A DNA stretch of 64,000 nucleotides. Source: Vitrella brassicaformis CCMP3155. Taxonomy: Eukaryota; Protista; Chromerida. A model generated the notes under the pieces. It searched no databases. It had not been told where the DNA came from and was given only the letters and a program-made list of their open reading frames with translations. Of this stretch, positions 35,024 through 47,568 are shown in pieces. Numbering within the stretch: the stretch's first letter is position 1; each line of letters opens with the position of its first letter. A program made the position numbers and the translations under genes. The stretch lies in NCBI GenBank assembly GCA_001179505.1, contig CDMY01000821.1:191887-255886 (forward strand). The letters are read 5' to 3'.

Positions 35024-36950
35024 ATGACTCCCTCCGGTACTCTTCGTGTGTACACTTTCAGGTGGCCGATCGTCGCGACCAGTAGATCGCCGACCGGAGG
35101 GAAGTGGCGCTTCCCTGTCGCGTGTGCAGCGAGCGTCATGTTCACCCCATCGTTGGTAGCAATCTATCTTGTTGTGTCGTTTGTGGGCAAGAAAAAGTCG
35201 CGCCTCACTCACACCGAGAAGGAGAACGAGGCGTACCGGTACGCAGAAGCCCTAGAGGACAAACCAGTAAGCAGAAAGTCAGCCATGCGACCATCCTGCC
35301 CTCATTCATTTGCGCATCTATCCATCTCTTTGGTGTTTCAGGAGTGGTCACTTAAGTTGTTTCGCCTGGCGGGCCGGGATACCGTGACGGTGGATCCCGC
35401 CAAACCATACCGTGTGCTGCTGCCGGCATTCATCGAGAAGGACGCCATTGAAGGGGGCGTGGTGGCGCCGGAGCTGGCCCGCCTCTGCAGCGGCGCCAGC
35501 GATGAGGACATCGCAGTGTCTTATGTCGTACGCACAACTCGGGAAGAAAGGGCTGCACTGCTCCTCCCGAGTTTCCTCTCTCTGTGTGTGTGTGTGTGTG
35601 TGTGTTTATTGGTGCACACGTGACCAGCGGCGTGCCGGCGCTATGCCCACTTCAACGGGCGGACAATCGGCGCATCTTCCTGCCATGTCGCATGCGCCTG
35701 TAGCTTCCAGCAGCAGCAGCAGAAACCAACTATGGGTGCCCTCCGCTGCGCACCATGGGCCGGTAGGTACTTCGGCTGCTCGTCCACTGCTGGCCTCGGG
35801 CAACTTCCAGACCACCGACACCACCACCACCACCACCAACACCATACAGGTAGGTGCACGTACACTCATCTCTCACGCAGATGGGATCGTGCATTTGTAT
35901 TGTGTGGTCTCTGTTTCTGTCTCTGTGCAGCATCCGTTGTTGCCGTTGCCGAGCAACTACCATCCTACGTTTCATTTCAACCCCCGCCCGGCCGTGAGCA
36001 ACGCGAAGACAAAGTTTCTTTTCTCATTTCGTAGCTGCATGATGTGTTGCCTCCCTCCCACTGCTCTCTCAGGCTGGCCCTGTGTTTCCCACGCCCCTGT
36101 CGGCGCCGGGCTACAGTGGTATTGGCACATAATCACTATCACACAACACAACACACAATCGATGCATGACCCTATCCGTCCATGGATGGCCTTTTGTGTG
36201 TGTCAGCTGCGGTTCAGTACAACTCGATACGCGACAACCGGTGCACGTGGGCGAATCGTCGAGGATCACGGGTATGTACCCCTCCACACACACCACAACT
36301 CCAGGCACATGCCCTCTCTGTCAGGCCCCCGCCCGGCAGAGGCTGCCCGAGACCTCACCGGCCACTCAGGCCATCCACGCGCCCCCGTCTGCGACTGGTG
36401 CGGTGGGTGGTGGTGGCCTTCCCGTCGCCCCGCGGCCCCTGCCGCTCTACAGTCCTCAGAACATCAACAATGCCCCGTGTTGTGAGTGGACACACATGCA
36501 GCCCCTCTATGTGAGTGGGTGTGTGTTTGAACATGTGCTGTGTGTTGTGTGTAGACGTTGGTCAGGTGGCCCGCATGCCGCCGGCGCTCCCGCTGACGGC
36601 CGTGGCCCCTTTGTCGGTGCCCATGGGAATGCCGAGGGGCCCCCCGATGCAGCTACCGGGCGGCGGCATCACCTACGTCAACCCTCCGGTACATGGCAAC
36701 CCGACGAACCCACCAGTGGCCCCCCAGGTAGACTACCACACACACATACGCATATCGACCGACCGCCAGCGTCGTTTGTTGTTGATGGTTGCCTCTCTGT
36801 GTGTTTGTGCGTCCTTGGTGTGTGCAGTTGTCGATGGCAAGCCATGTGAGCCACACCCAGTACACCGTTCAAGGCAGCGCCGCCAGTGAGTGGCTGTACC
36901 TCAACATCAACCACCAGCCCAGACACCAGGTACACCAACCCACAAGAGCA
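35024..36950 (+). CDS. Hypothetical multi-exon protein, low-complexity C-terminal half
   Basis: Coding-like exons (KENEAYRYAEALEDKP / EWSLKLFRLAGRDTVTVDP...) with GT-AG boundaries; no recognisable family. Confidence 0.3.
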
Positions 36951-37933
36951 CAGTAATGTCCGCAGCCTGCCTCATTTGGATTGATGGTTGCCTCTCGGTC
37001 TGTGTGTGTCGTGGGTGCCATGCAGGGCTGACCATGCGCACACAGGATGGACACCAACGGGGCGCCTGTAGTATAGATATGAGAGAGGGAGAGAGAGGGG
37101 GTGGGTGGGCTACCTGTGTGATAGCATTCGAGCTGTGCAGTGGTGGGCACCACACCACTGCACATGGGTTGAAAGAAGCAAGTGGCTTAGACGATTTGAT
37201 GGGATGTGCAAGCCTTTTGTGGCCTCTTCCGACGGCGTGTGTTGCCAGACCTGCCTGTTGCCCGGCACAGACAGGGGACGGGCAGGCAGGCCTTCACACA
37301 GACAGGAATGAGGGCATCCTCGTCTCGTCTCGTCTCCTCTCCTTTCCTCGTCGCATGGGCAGTCATACCCACCCCACAGATGACAAGCATCTGGGTCTTT
37401 TGTGCGGGGGTTGTGCAGATATCGATGTGTGCAGTGTGTGGATGGATGGATGGATGGGTGAATGGATCGATGGATGTTTGGGTGGTGTACGAATGAACCG
37501 GCTGGCTTGGTTTGTGCATAGCTTTCCTGGGTGACTGGTCGTGTCTGGGTGTCTAAAGCCGACGTTGCTTTGGCTGCCTGACTGATGCCGTGCTCTTCTC
37601 CCTGCGTATCGATGCTCGCACTAGTGTCTGAATGGTCGGTTGGTTGGCTGTGGGATTTTGGCTGTCCTCTCGTTGCTCATCGGCTGACTTGTTCATAGGC
37701 TGGCTGGCAGTGCCATGGTCGTAGGCTGACAGAGCTGATTCATTGCAAAGAGCTGACCCATAGCACAGATGTCTGTCGGTGTTCGGTTGCATCGGTCAAT
37801 TTCATTTCAACACCGGCACTGAATGTCGGTGTCGTTTCAACACGTCTTCTTCTGCCATCGTTCTCAACCGATTCGACCCGATCGACGCTGGGGGCCGCCA
37901 ATTGGGGGCCGCTTGGAGACAGAGAGAGCGAGG

Positions 37934-40020
37934 ATGGAGAAGGTGCTTGTATATGCACCAGTGACGAAGGATGCGGGCCGCTTCCCGCCGCTGCCGGCGC
38001 TGCAGCAGTTCCTCGAGGAGGACGAGGCCTCCTACCGGCAACTTGCCCAGCAGCTGTACCCCAGCGATAAGGCCGAGAGGGTCGTCGCCCTCCGCAAGGA
38101 GAAGAAGGAGGCCGAGAAGGTCACAACGAGTGAAGTCTGAGAGTCTGACTCGGTGTGGGTCTGCGATTCATTGTCCTCGTTGTGCTGGTTTATATGTTGC
38201 AGAAGTGGGAGAGGCTGACGGCGGAGCGGGCCGTGGAGGTGAGACAAGCAAAATTCGCCAACGAACCGCCTCCCATCATCTGTTTCCATTGCTGTTTTGC
38301 ATGGCGTGACACGTGTACAGGAGTACCTCTACTATCGCATGGGGCTGACGCTGGAGGCCAAGACGGGCTTTGGGGGCCAGGGGAAGGTGTGGCGGGCGGG
38401 AGACTACGCCATCAAAGTCCTCGCACCGGACTTCTCCACGGGAGGGGTACGCAAACGGGCGACATACAAAGAGAAAGGATGCAGGCTTTAAGCCTCTCTC
38501 TCTCTGTGTCTATGGGGCATGTATGTCAGGAGTATGCCCGCCACACCTATCGCATATATTGCGAGCAAGGACTCCGACACTGTCCGTACCTGCCGCGCTA
38601 CTACTTCTCCTTCAGCGCTGGCGGACGGACAGTGTACGTCATGGAGTTCCTGAGGGGTACGGACTTAGACGAACGACTTCATGAGACACGCATACACAGC
38701 ACTCATCTCATCCATCCGTATCTCTCCTGCACCTGTGTGTCTACAGGGACAACCGTGTGGGAGCTCGCTCGCCAGACGGAGGCCGACGCCAAGTGTATCA
38801 TCCGTGATACACGTACGTATGAGTGGATGGATGGAGTCCGTCATTCGCATGACATTGTCTGTGTTGGCTGTGTTGGCTGTGTTGGCTGTGTGGTCGGTCT
38901 TTGCGCGAAGTGAAGGCGCTCGGTTTCCTCCACCACCGCGGGCTCTCACACGGCGACATGAAGCCTGACAACGTCATGGTGCTGAAAGACAGGGCGGTCT
39001 TGATCGACCTGGACCACCTGCGCCATGACTATTGCTCGGTAAGGTTACAATGAGGGAAAGAGGGGTGGAGGGACATGTGCCGTTCTTGTGTGTGTTTCAA
39101 TGGTCTGTCTGCAGGGCTCGGGGGCAGCGGATGATCTCCGCAAGACAGGTGGGCTGGGCTGCACCACACATGAGACACACGAGGACACCTGCAGGCAGGA
39201 TGTATGCCTTTTGCTTTGCCTTCTGTGCGTGTGTATCGACCAGGGGAGGTGCTGTTGAAGGCGCTGGGGGCCGACCCACAGACCATCGAGCGCATCGCCA
39301 CACTCACGGTACGCACACAGATAGATAGATGAAGACACACGCATTACACACTTGTCTCTGTCTCTTGTGCCGCTTTGCAGACACCACAGTCTGTGGCGGC
39401 CACCCTGGCGTCCTTCATGCCGTACCAGCCGTCCGGGGAGCTCATCCACTTCATTCTCGAGCTTTTCCACGGGGACAGCACAGCGCAAGAGGTGAGCATT
39501 GGGACTACACACATAAATGTTTGCCAACACACACCGAATGCTGCACCTATGTGTGTATATGATGTAGCTCCTCGGCCTTCCGTGGCTGATTTCAGCACCC
39601 CCCGCTCCCGGCAACATATCGCAGCCGCCCCCGCCCCCCAAAGAAACGGCCCCGCCCACCTATGCGTACTTGCGGCCGCAGTCTCAGAGTGAGTGATGAA
39701 TGGAACACAATAACGAGGGACCACGGGACCACAGGCAGAGTATCTTCTCATTGTGTCTCCTTGTGTCGTTGTGTTGTGTCTCTATAGCTGCCATGCCCGC
39801 CCCTCCACCGCCCATGTACATGTCGCTGCTGCCCCTGCCCCGCCAGCCCATCCCACCACCTCAGAGTCTGCGCATGCCGCCCCACCACCCCCCACCGCCT
39901 CCTATGCCCATCCACCACCCACCGCCTCCTATGCCCATGCTGCCAATGGCCTTCCCCTATATGCCGCCCCCGCCTGGCATGCCTCTCCACGTTCTGCCGC
40001 CGCCCATCCTCGCACGATGA
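37934..40020 (+). CDS. Divergent Ser/Thr protein kinase with Pro/Met-rich tail
   Basis: TGFGGQGKVW, YAIKVL, YVMEFL, GFLHHRGLSHGDMKPDNVMV, VLIDLD (DFG variant). The 3' boundary is uncertain. Confidence 0.7.
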
Positions 40021-40357
40021 ACTCCTCTGCGTCCGTTCGGTCCGTCATGTCGCATCCCTCGGGAGCGCCACGACGGACCGATACGGATGCATAGGGGAGG
40101 GAAGGAGCGATGGCGTGATGATGAGGGAAGGCCCAACGAGGACCGCTCACCTACCAGTGCTGGATCGACATATCAAGTTGTTAAGGCTGAGGAGATCATA
40201 CCCGCATCCCGCAGAGGCGGCACCGACTCCACCGAGAAACAACAAGAAGATAAGAGCCGAGGGAGGGGCGAGGGGGAACGTGGGCGACAGAGAGGTCGGG
40301 AGAGAGGAGACTTTGGCGATAGAACCGACAGCCGCGGTCCTGTAAGCATCAGCAGCG

Positions 40358-42720
40358 GTGTATGAGGTGACCTATGACCTGGTGCCGCGGGTGGTGCCAC
40401 GTGTCGACCCACTCACATCAACCATCCGCCACCCGGATCATCTGCCGCTGCCTGCGTTGGCACCCTCCCACTCCCCATCTCCCTCTCCCCACCCCCACAG
40501 AACCAGTACGTGGGCGGCCGGCCCCCTGCAGCTGATGAACTGCCAGGCAGCCCGGCAGTTCTTCACACACGCAGCCGCCTTAGGAGACCATGCCGACCAC
40601 CACCAGCAGCAGCAGCACGGCTCAGCAGCGGCGGTGCATCTGGAAGACCTGCAGCCCATGCTCACAAGGCAGCTGGAGGAGGATGCTGAGAGCGAGGGAG
40701 GGATTGAGAGCGACGAGGAAGCCGCCATCCAAGATGCCTTCCTCCGACACATCGACCAGGCCCAGCCACCACCTCCACACAACGACGGCGTCAATGACCA
40801 AGCTGAGACAGCCCTCCTGAGCGGGCTGCAGGAGGGTGTCTTCGACAGCAGCAACCCATTTGATGGCGTGGAGGTGGCGGCCAAGCAGCGTGTGCAGCGT
40901 CAGCTGCTCGATAGGCAGCTGGGAGAACACAATAGGGCCCGGGAGGAGGGTGCCGGTGGTGGTGGTGCTGAAGGTGGTGGCGGTCTGTTCGGCGTGAGTG
41001 AGAGCGATGTGGAGGACGCGAGGCGTCACCTGCTGGACCAACAGGCGGTCAGTGAGTGGGCAAGGAGAATGGACAGATAGACAGACAGACAGACAGGGGT
41101 GCGGGAGAGGGAATCAATCGTCATGTTGCCTCTTTCTTTATGTGAGTGTGTCAGTGTGAGATGGGTCGCCTGGACGCGGCCAATCGTCTGCTCGAGTGGC
41201 GACTTAAGAGACTTCGACTCGCGAACAAACGGTACACACATGGCATGGCACCAAGATGCGCACACACACATGGATCGGATCCCAACTGTCTCCCTCCCCT
41301 CTGTGGTGTCTCTGCAGGCACCAATACCTACGCTCACAGGGCCTCGTCAAACACTCCGCATCGCTCCCGGCCCTCGCCCATCCATCCACCACGCAGCAAG
41401 CGCAAACCACACAAGAGGAACCGGCGCCAGCTGTGGCTGGCGAGCCCACTGGTGTGATGTCGCGTGGTGTGCATCGATCTGACGGCGTGTCGGCCTGCAT
41501 CGAAGCGACAAGGAACATGAGCATCGGCATACATGGTGCTGCGGAGAGTGGGCGTGTGGATGGGGTGTCTGTCTTTCGTGTGTGGGAGGAGGAGTCTGAC
41601 GAACCGGCAGAGACCAACCAGCAGCAGCAGCAGCAGCAATGTGGCGGAGAGAAGGCCGACGACGTGGCCGTGGAGGACCACCAGCTTGCTCGTGGTGACA
41701 TTGCTGGCTCTCCCTTGCCGTCCCCCGCCCACGCCCCTATTCCTGGTGCTGCCCAGCAGCGGCCGACATCCCCACGAGCCATTCAGACGAACCGGCAGAG
41801 AGCAACCAGCAGCAACAGCAGCAGCAGCAATGTGGCGGAGAGCAAGCTGACGATGTGGCCGTGGAGGACCACCAGCCCGTTCATGGTGACGACAGTCAGG
41901 GTGACATTGCTGGTGTTGAATCTCCCTCTCCCTCCAAGGCCCACGTCCCTCCCCCTGGTGCTGCCCAGCAGCAGCCGACATGCCCACGAGCCGTCCAGAC
42001 ATCCCCTGGCGTACCACAAGAGCCGATCGCACCATGCCCACCCGCACCGGCAGTGGCGCAGCAGCACACACACCAACACACGGACATCAAGAAGACCCAC
42101 CGCCCAACACCAACAGTGACACAGCCGGACCACCAGCATGACGCGACCAAGGCGCTCTGCTGGCGGGGGGTGTCTGCTGATGGGGGAGGGTGCCGGTGTT
42201 TGAGTTGGGTGCGATTGTGGAGAGGGACCTGCTGGAGCCGATATATGCCCAAGCCGCTCTTGCTGACGCTGCAGCCGTGCAGACCCTGGTTGACAGATGG
42301 CAGCTGGGGAGATACCTCGAACATATCCAACAGGTAAGTACAGTCAGTGCATGTGGTCAGCACACACACACACACAGGCACACATCACTTTCTGTGCTGT
42401 CATCCGTTGATTGATCCATTCATCAGCACTTGCTGTTTGGTGCTGCCTCTGAGATGTCCGCCTTCGCCACAGCCCTCTTCGCCACCTGCCGCCACTCTGC
42501 CACCAGCAGCACCACCATCAGTCAGACCCTGCTCGAGTCACGCGTCAACCAGATGTTCGCCGCACACCCCAAGACGCCACCACAGCAGCACAGTGAGACG
42601 GAGACGGTGCCGGTGGTGTACTTCGACGTGGTGAAAGTGCCGCCTGCTGCGCCGTGTGTGCCGCCGTGGACGGTGCTCGAGTGCATTGGGGTGCGGCTGA
42701 TGGCGCCGCTCTTTTGACAA
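40358..42720 (+). CDS. Possible gamma-tubulin complex component (GCP6-like GRIP2 fragment) preceded by an acidic/Gln repeat region; possibly disrupted
   Basis: ELGAIVERDLLEPIYAQAALADAAAVQTLVDRWQLGRYLEHIQQ.LFGAASEMSAFATALF...VLECIGVRLMAPLF resembles the start of Spc97/98 GRIP2; imperfect ~190-bp repeats at 41600-41990; TGA at 42715-42717, just before a donor. Confidence 0.4.
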
Positions 42721-43724
42721 GGTGAGGATTGCCCTAGTGTGGTGAGTTCGCAACGGTGCGGCTTAAACGGCGGCTGAGGGATCAGGCAGAAAAGGAATTC
42801 AGGGCACGGTGGGGTGTGGGGGCGTGAAAGCAAAGAAAGAGAAGTGGACATCGGAGGCTGACCTCATTGGTGTATAATTTGTCTGTCTGTCTATGGGCAA
42901 TGTCTGTCTATGGGCAGCAGACTTGTGATGGATGGATGGATGGATGGATGGAGAATGTTCTGGGGTAAGGGTTTGCTGCGGTGTTGTCTGTGCAGGAGTC
43001 CGCCATCAGGGGGCGCGCATCGCACCATCTTTTGGTGCAGGCGTGAACTCTGATGGGGGATGGGCCGTGCGGCTGGCTGATGAACTGGCCTCTCACGGGC
43101 GCGTGTGTGGCCAACAGACAGCCTTTAAGCTGTGGTCGCCGCGTGAACGTGGGATGTGCCAGCCAGCCAGTTGAGACGCACTGACAGCCATTGCTCGGGG
43201 GCTGCGTGAATGTGAAATGTGCGGCGAGTGGCTGGTGGATGGGTGTGTGAGCGGGCGGGTGGAGAGGCATCGTCGGGTGCTATGTTGGCATCGGTGGTTC
43301 GTGTGGTGTGGTGGATGTGCGAGTGGGCGTTGGGTGGCCATGTGTGGTCGAACGTGTGGGTGTGTACGGTGAGTCTCATGCGTGTGTCCGTCTGAACGGA
43401 CGAACGGCAGCACTCAAACCATTACAAACACATCAACTACGAGTTGTCTCACGAAAAACAGCATTGTATTTGCATTAAGCAGGTGTGTAGTTGTGCCTGT
43501 AAGGGAAGCTGACCTCGTCATTCATTCACTCACTCATCTGACGTCATGTAGGTGGCCGAAGGTAGCAAAAAAAGAGCGAGTCAAAGCGACCTTTTCCGTG
43601 ACTGGTGTCTGTCAGCAGGTCCTCGACAGGTCCTATCATCTCTCATGGTAGTTAGTGAGGAGATGGTAGTTAGTGAGGCTTGCGTCTCTGACTCAGTCAG
43701 TGACTGCATAGCAATGTATTACAA

Positions 43725-44070
43725 CTCGATCGAGTGAATCACTGAGTGACCGAGCTATGTGTACATACCTGTCGAACCAATCAATCAATCAATCTGAATG
43801 TCTGGTCGGCCGCCGATGATGGGTTTTTTGACTTTTGCCCTATTGCTGCTTGCGGCGTTTGACTTGACTGGGGCCGCGGGGACACACAGACAAAAAGGAA
43901 TGTAAGCAACAAGCAATGACAGACACACGAACACATGTCTCTTCCTGAAGCAGACACTTTGTCTTGCTTTGTGTGTCTTTGATAGGCTGCACAGGTGCTG
44001 ATGTGGCTGATTGCATCGGTGCAACAGCAGCCATCGACCCGCCCCAAAACAACAATGGCAACAACACAAT
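43725..44070 (+). repeat. Second copy of the dispersed repeat at 26465-26990
   Basis: Direct sequence similarity; lacks the palindromic expansion. Confidence 0.8.
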
Positions 44071-44216
44071 CGCCCTTTGCGTAACGGAACAGGCCGACAC
44101 CCCAAACCATCCATTCACTATTGGTTAGCAAAAGCACAAGAGAGGCGAGTGCGTGTGTTTGTGTTACATACATGCATGTCTGGTTGCCATCTTGTGTCCG
44201 TGTCCGTGCTTGCAGA

Positions 44217-44715
44217 TGCATTCACTCATGCTGATGACGCCATCGGCCAAGGGGCGACCCCGGTAAGTGCCGGAGTGAAACATGGAGCACTCCTGTCGAC
44301 TGTGTCTTCTGCTCAGCTTGCGGAATCGTTTGGAGGAGATAAGGAAGTGTCCAAGGCATTCCAGCGGTCCCTATGGCTCCGGGCAGTCATCCAGGTGGCA
44401 CAGCAGTGGTTCCAGAACAACTTGGGTCGCCCCCCCACGCCGGCCGAGATAAGGTTCATCATCGAGTACATGAACTACCGACTCAAGCTGCCGCTGGAAG
44501 GAAGAGGAACGCACTCACTGCGCGTCTGCATGTCTGCGTGTGTCACTTGTGCAGACTTCTTTCAGGGCTCGCAGGTGAGTGACACGCACACAAAGGCACA
44601 CACGGATGAGTGTGTATGGGCATGTGCGCATGTGTGTGTGAGTCATTCAGGCTGGGCTGAAGCTGTCGATGCTGACGTCAGTAATCCAAGTGTTCAACAA
44701 GAAATGAAGTCTTGA
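44217..44715 (+). CDS. Hypothetical coding fragment
   Basis: Helical coding-like exon EVSKAFQRSLWLRAVIQVAQQWFQNNLGRPPTPAEIRFIIEYMNYRL; no family recognised. Confidence 0.25.
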
Positions 44716-44829
44716 GCAAGAGACAGAACACGACAGACAGATGATTGACACCCAATGAGTGACCAGCCAGTGGACAGAAGACGAATGCGTATTCGATGGT
44801 GTGTGATGCTATGAGTTTCTGCGTCTGTT

Positions 44830-45510
44830 TGTCACACATCCGCTGTATTCATTGTCATCAACTTTCCTCAGCCTCAACTCATTGGACCATGCCGCATCCA
44901 TTCACCGACGTCAACGGTCGCATCATGATATAGTTGGTCAGACAATCATGTCTCTATCTCTCTTTCTGTCTCCGTGTGTGTGCGTGCGTATGCGTGTGTC
45001 TCAATTGTGCGAAGAGCTGATGCCCACTCGCTGCTGCCTGTGTTAGAACTGCCTTCTGGTGAGTGTGAGTCCGTGTGACCATCACCACACATCCGCTTTC
45101 CTCAGCCTCAACTCACTCTGACATACAAAATGTAAAGCTGGACCACAATTATGTCTCCGTCAGTGGGTGTGTCTCAATTGTAGCTGATGGAACGAAGTTA
45201 ACGGAGGAGCTGATGCCCACTCACCCCGCTGCCTGCATGCGTCGGCCGTCGCCGTTGTTGTTCGGGATTCGGGACAGACACGGCGGGATTCGGGACAGAC
45301 ACGTCGGGATTCGGGACAAGACACAGCGGGACAGACACGGCGGGATTCGGGACAGACACGGCGGGATTCGGGACTGACGCAGATATTGCAGGTCAGTTAG
45401 ATAATCATGTCTCCGTGTGCGTGCGTGCGTATGCGTGTGTCTCAATTGTGCGAAGAGCTGCCTGTGTTAGAATTGTCTTCTGGTGAGTGTGAGTCCGACG
45501 CGTGGGTGGG
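44830..45510 (+). repeat. Nested repeat locus: ~21-bp minisatellite (cgggattcgggacagacacgg, ~5 copies, 45263-45375) between ~100-bp direct repeats
   Basis: gtgcgtatgcgtgtgtctcaattgtgcgaagagctg...ctgcctgtgttagaa...ttctggtgagtgtgagtccg occurs at ~44975-45075 and ~45420-45500, with a partial third copy near 45150. Confidence 0.85.
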
Positions 45511-47568
45511 TGGGTGGCTAAGATATGATCGTTCTCAGTGTGTCTTATGTGTCACACATCCCTTCCGGCCGTAAGCATGCCGCCATACGTGTAGAACATG
45601 TGAAGCGTCCGGGATGCAGCCATCCATGCAGGTCTGACATGGGGGAATTCGCTCGCAGAGTGCGAAAAACGAGTTGTTGGCCCGGCCGCATGGGATGGGC
45701 AGCCAGACTGACACACAGGTCTCGCGTATCGTCCTCAAGTCTCTAGTGATAGCCACTCAAGCAGCCAGTACAATGGTGTTGTTTGCCAAAATCGCAGTCG
45801 GTCGGTCGGTCGGTCAGTCGTGCAGTCAAGAAGAGGAAAGATGAGAGCAGAGATGCTCTAGGGGACGACCTACGCGCGTACGGACACTCTACTCACACCC
45901 ATCACACCACCAAGGAAGACAGACACCACAGAGAGGTAGAGCATGCCTATGGATGCACTCGTGCATTCATTCGTACATTTGTGCGGTCGGTCGGTCGGCA
46001 ATATTTATCCTCGCTGATGATTATCATGAATGATAGACACGACCATCGGCCGCCGAATTACTCATAGACAGATAGGCGCTGTACACAGCAGGCAGGCAGG
46101 CAGGCAGGCAGACGGACGGACGGACAGACGACAAGGGGAAACCAGCAGGTCAGAGAGGTGCGTCCTACACTCCTGTATATGCTGTATATGCTGTATGTGT
46201 GTCGTGTCGCATATATTGCTCTGGTGGGTGCTGATAGATACACACCACCTTCACGGCAACCGAACAAACGTTTGTATTTACACCCACTCTCAACACCCAT
46301 TCCACCCATTCCACTCATCACCACAAAGACAGACAAACAGACAAACAGACAGACAACAGAGGCATGTTCAGGCAAAGTGACATACGGACGGCCACACATG
46401 CAATCAATCGCTCCCTCCTCCCCTCCCCTCCCCATAGCCACATAACCCGGATCATAGCCCCCTCCCTCCTCACCACCCCTCATCTCACCCACCTCATGTG
46501 CCACTGACGGCTCATTGTGGCAATCAATCCATGCAGTGCATCCAGCCAACGATAATGAATGTCGTGTCACCTCTGTGCATCCGATGGGTGGGTTGGCGGC
46601 AAAAAAATAACACATTATGTGTGTGTGTGTCGTTGTGTGGCTGGCTGGCAGGCGAGAAACGAGCAGACGGAAAAAGAACTTGAGCATCCACTCACTGAAA
46701 AAGCTAAGCGACGGAGATCTGATCTGCCTGGTCTGAGCCGGTCTGTTGCTCGGTCGGTCGGTCGATATGTGTGTGTTGGGGGCGAGGGGGTAGGGCTTTC
46801 CCGACCATTAAACCCCTTTACATACACTCACAGGCACATAGGCACATACAAAGGAAGGCAACATAAAAACCACACCAAAGAAAACGCTCAGCAGTGAGAA
46901 AAAGCCAGCAAGGTAAGCTAAGGCAGGCACTGCAGCAGTATTCAGTCCTCAGTCTTTGCCTCTCTCCCTCCGTCCCTTTCGCAGGTAAGTGTAGGGTACG
47001 TATCTGATAGATACGATGGATGGCGCAACGAGCAATAGTGCGATCGAGATCTGCCGACGAGTGCGTGCGGGGGTGTGTCTGCCTGCCTGTCTGTCTGCCT
47101 AGACTACATTAGATGCATCCGTACCTACACCCACCCATACCTACGCCCACAAGCGCACACACCCACATCCATCCATCCATCCATCCATCCACGCGCCCAA
47201 TCAGCAGTCAATCAGTCAGTCAATCAAGGCACGCAGTTCGTGCGTACACGATGGCCTTCCACCCACCGTCCCCACCGCAAAACAAGACAGACACGGCAGC
47301 TCAGCTCCTGCATGGCTGCATGGAATGAATGCATTCCCATCCCTTCCCATCCCTCTCTCTCTCCCTCTCTCTCCCTGTACGCCCGTACTCACGTACACAC
47401 CACATGACGTCACGCAATGCAATGCAATGCAGTCAACGCAGGCAGGGCGGCAATTGCAGTAGCAATAATGCGCTGTGCTCTAGATCGATGGATGCGTGTG
47501 TGCTGGTTCAAAAAAGAGGAGGTCTGCTCCCTCCCTCCCCTCCATGTGTGTGTGTGTGTGTGTGTGAG

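Noticed and set aside
45263-45375. CRISPR array
   Set aside because: Head-to-tail repeats without unique spacers, no cas genes, eukaryotic context.
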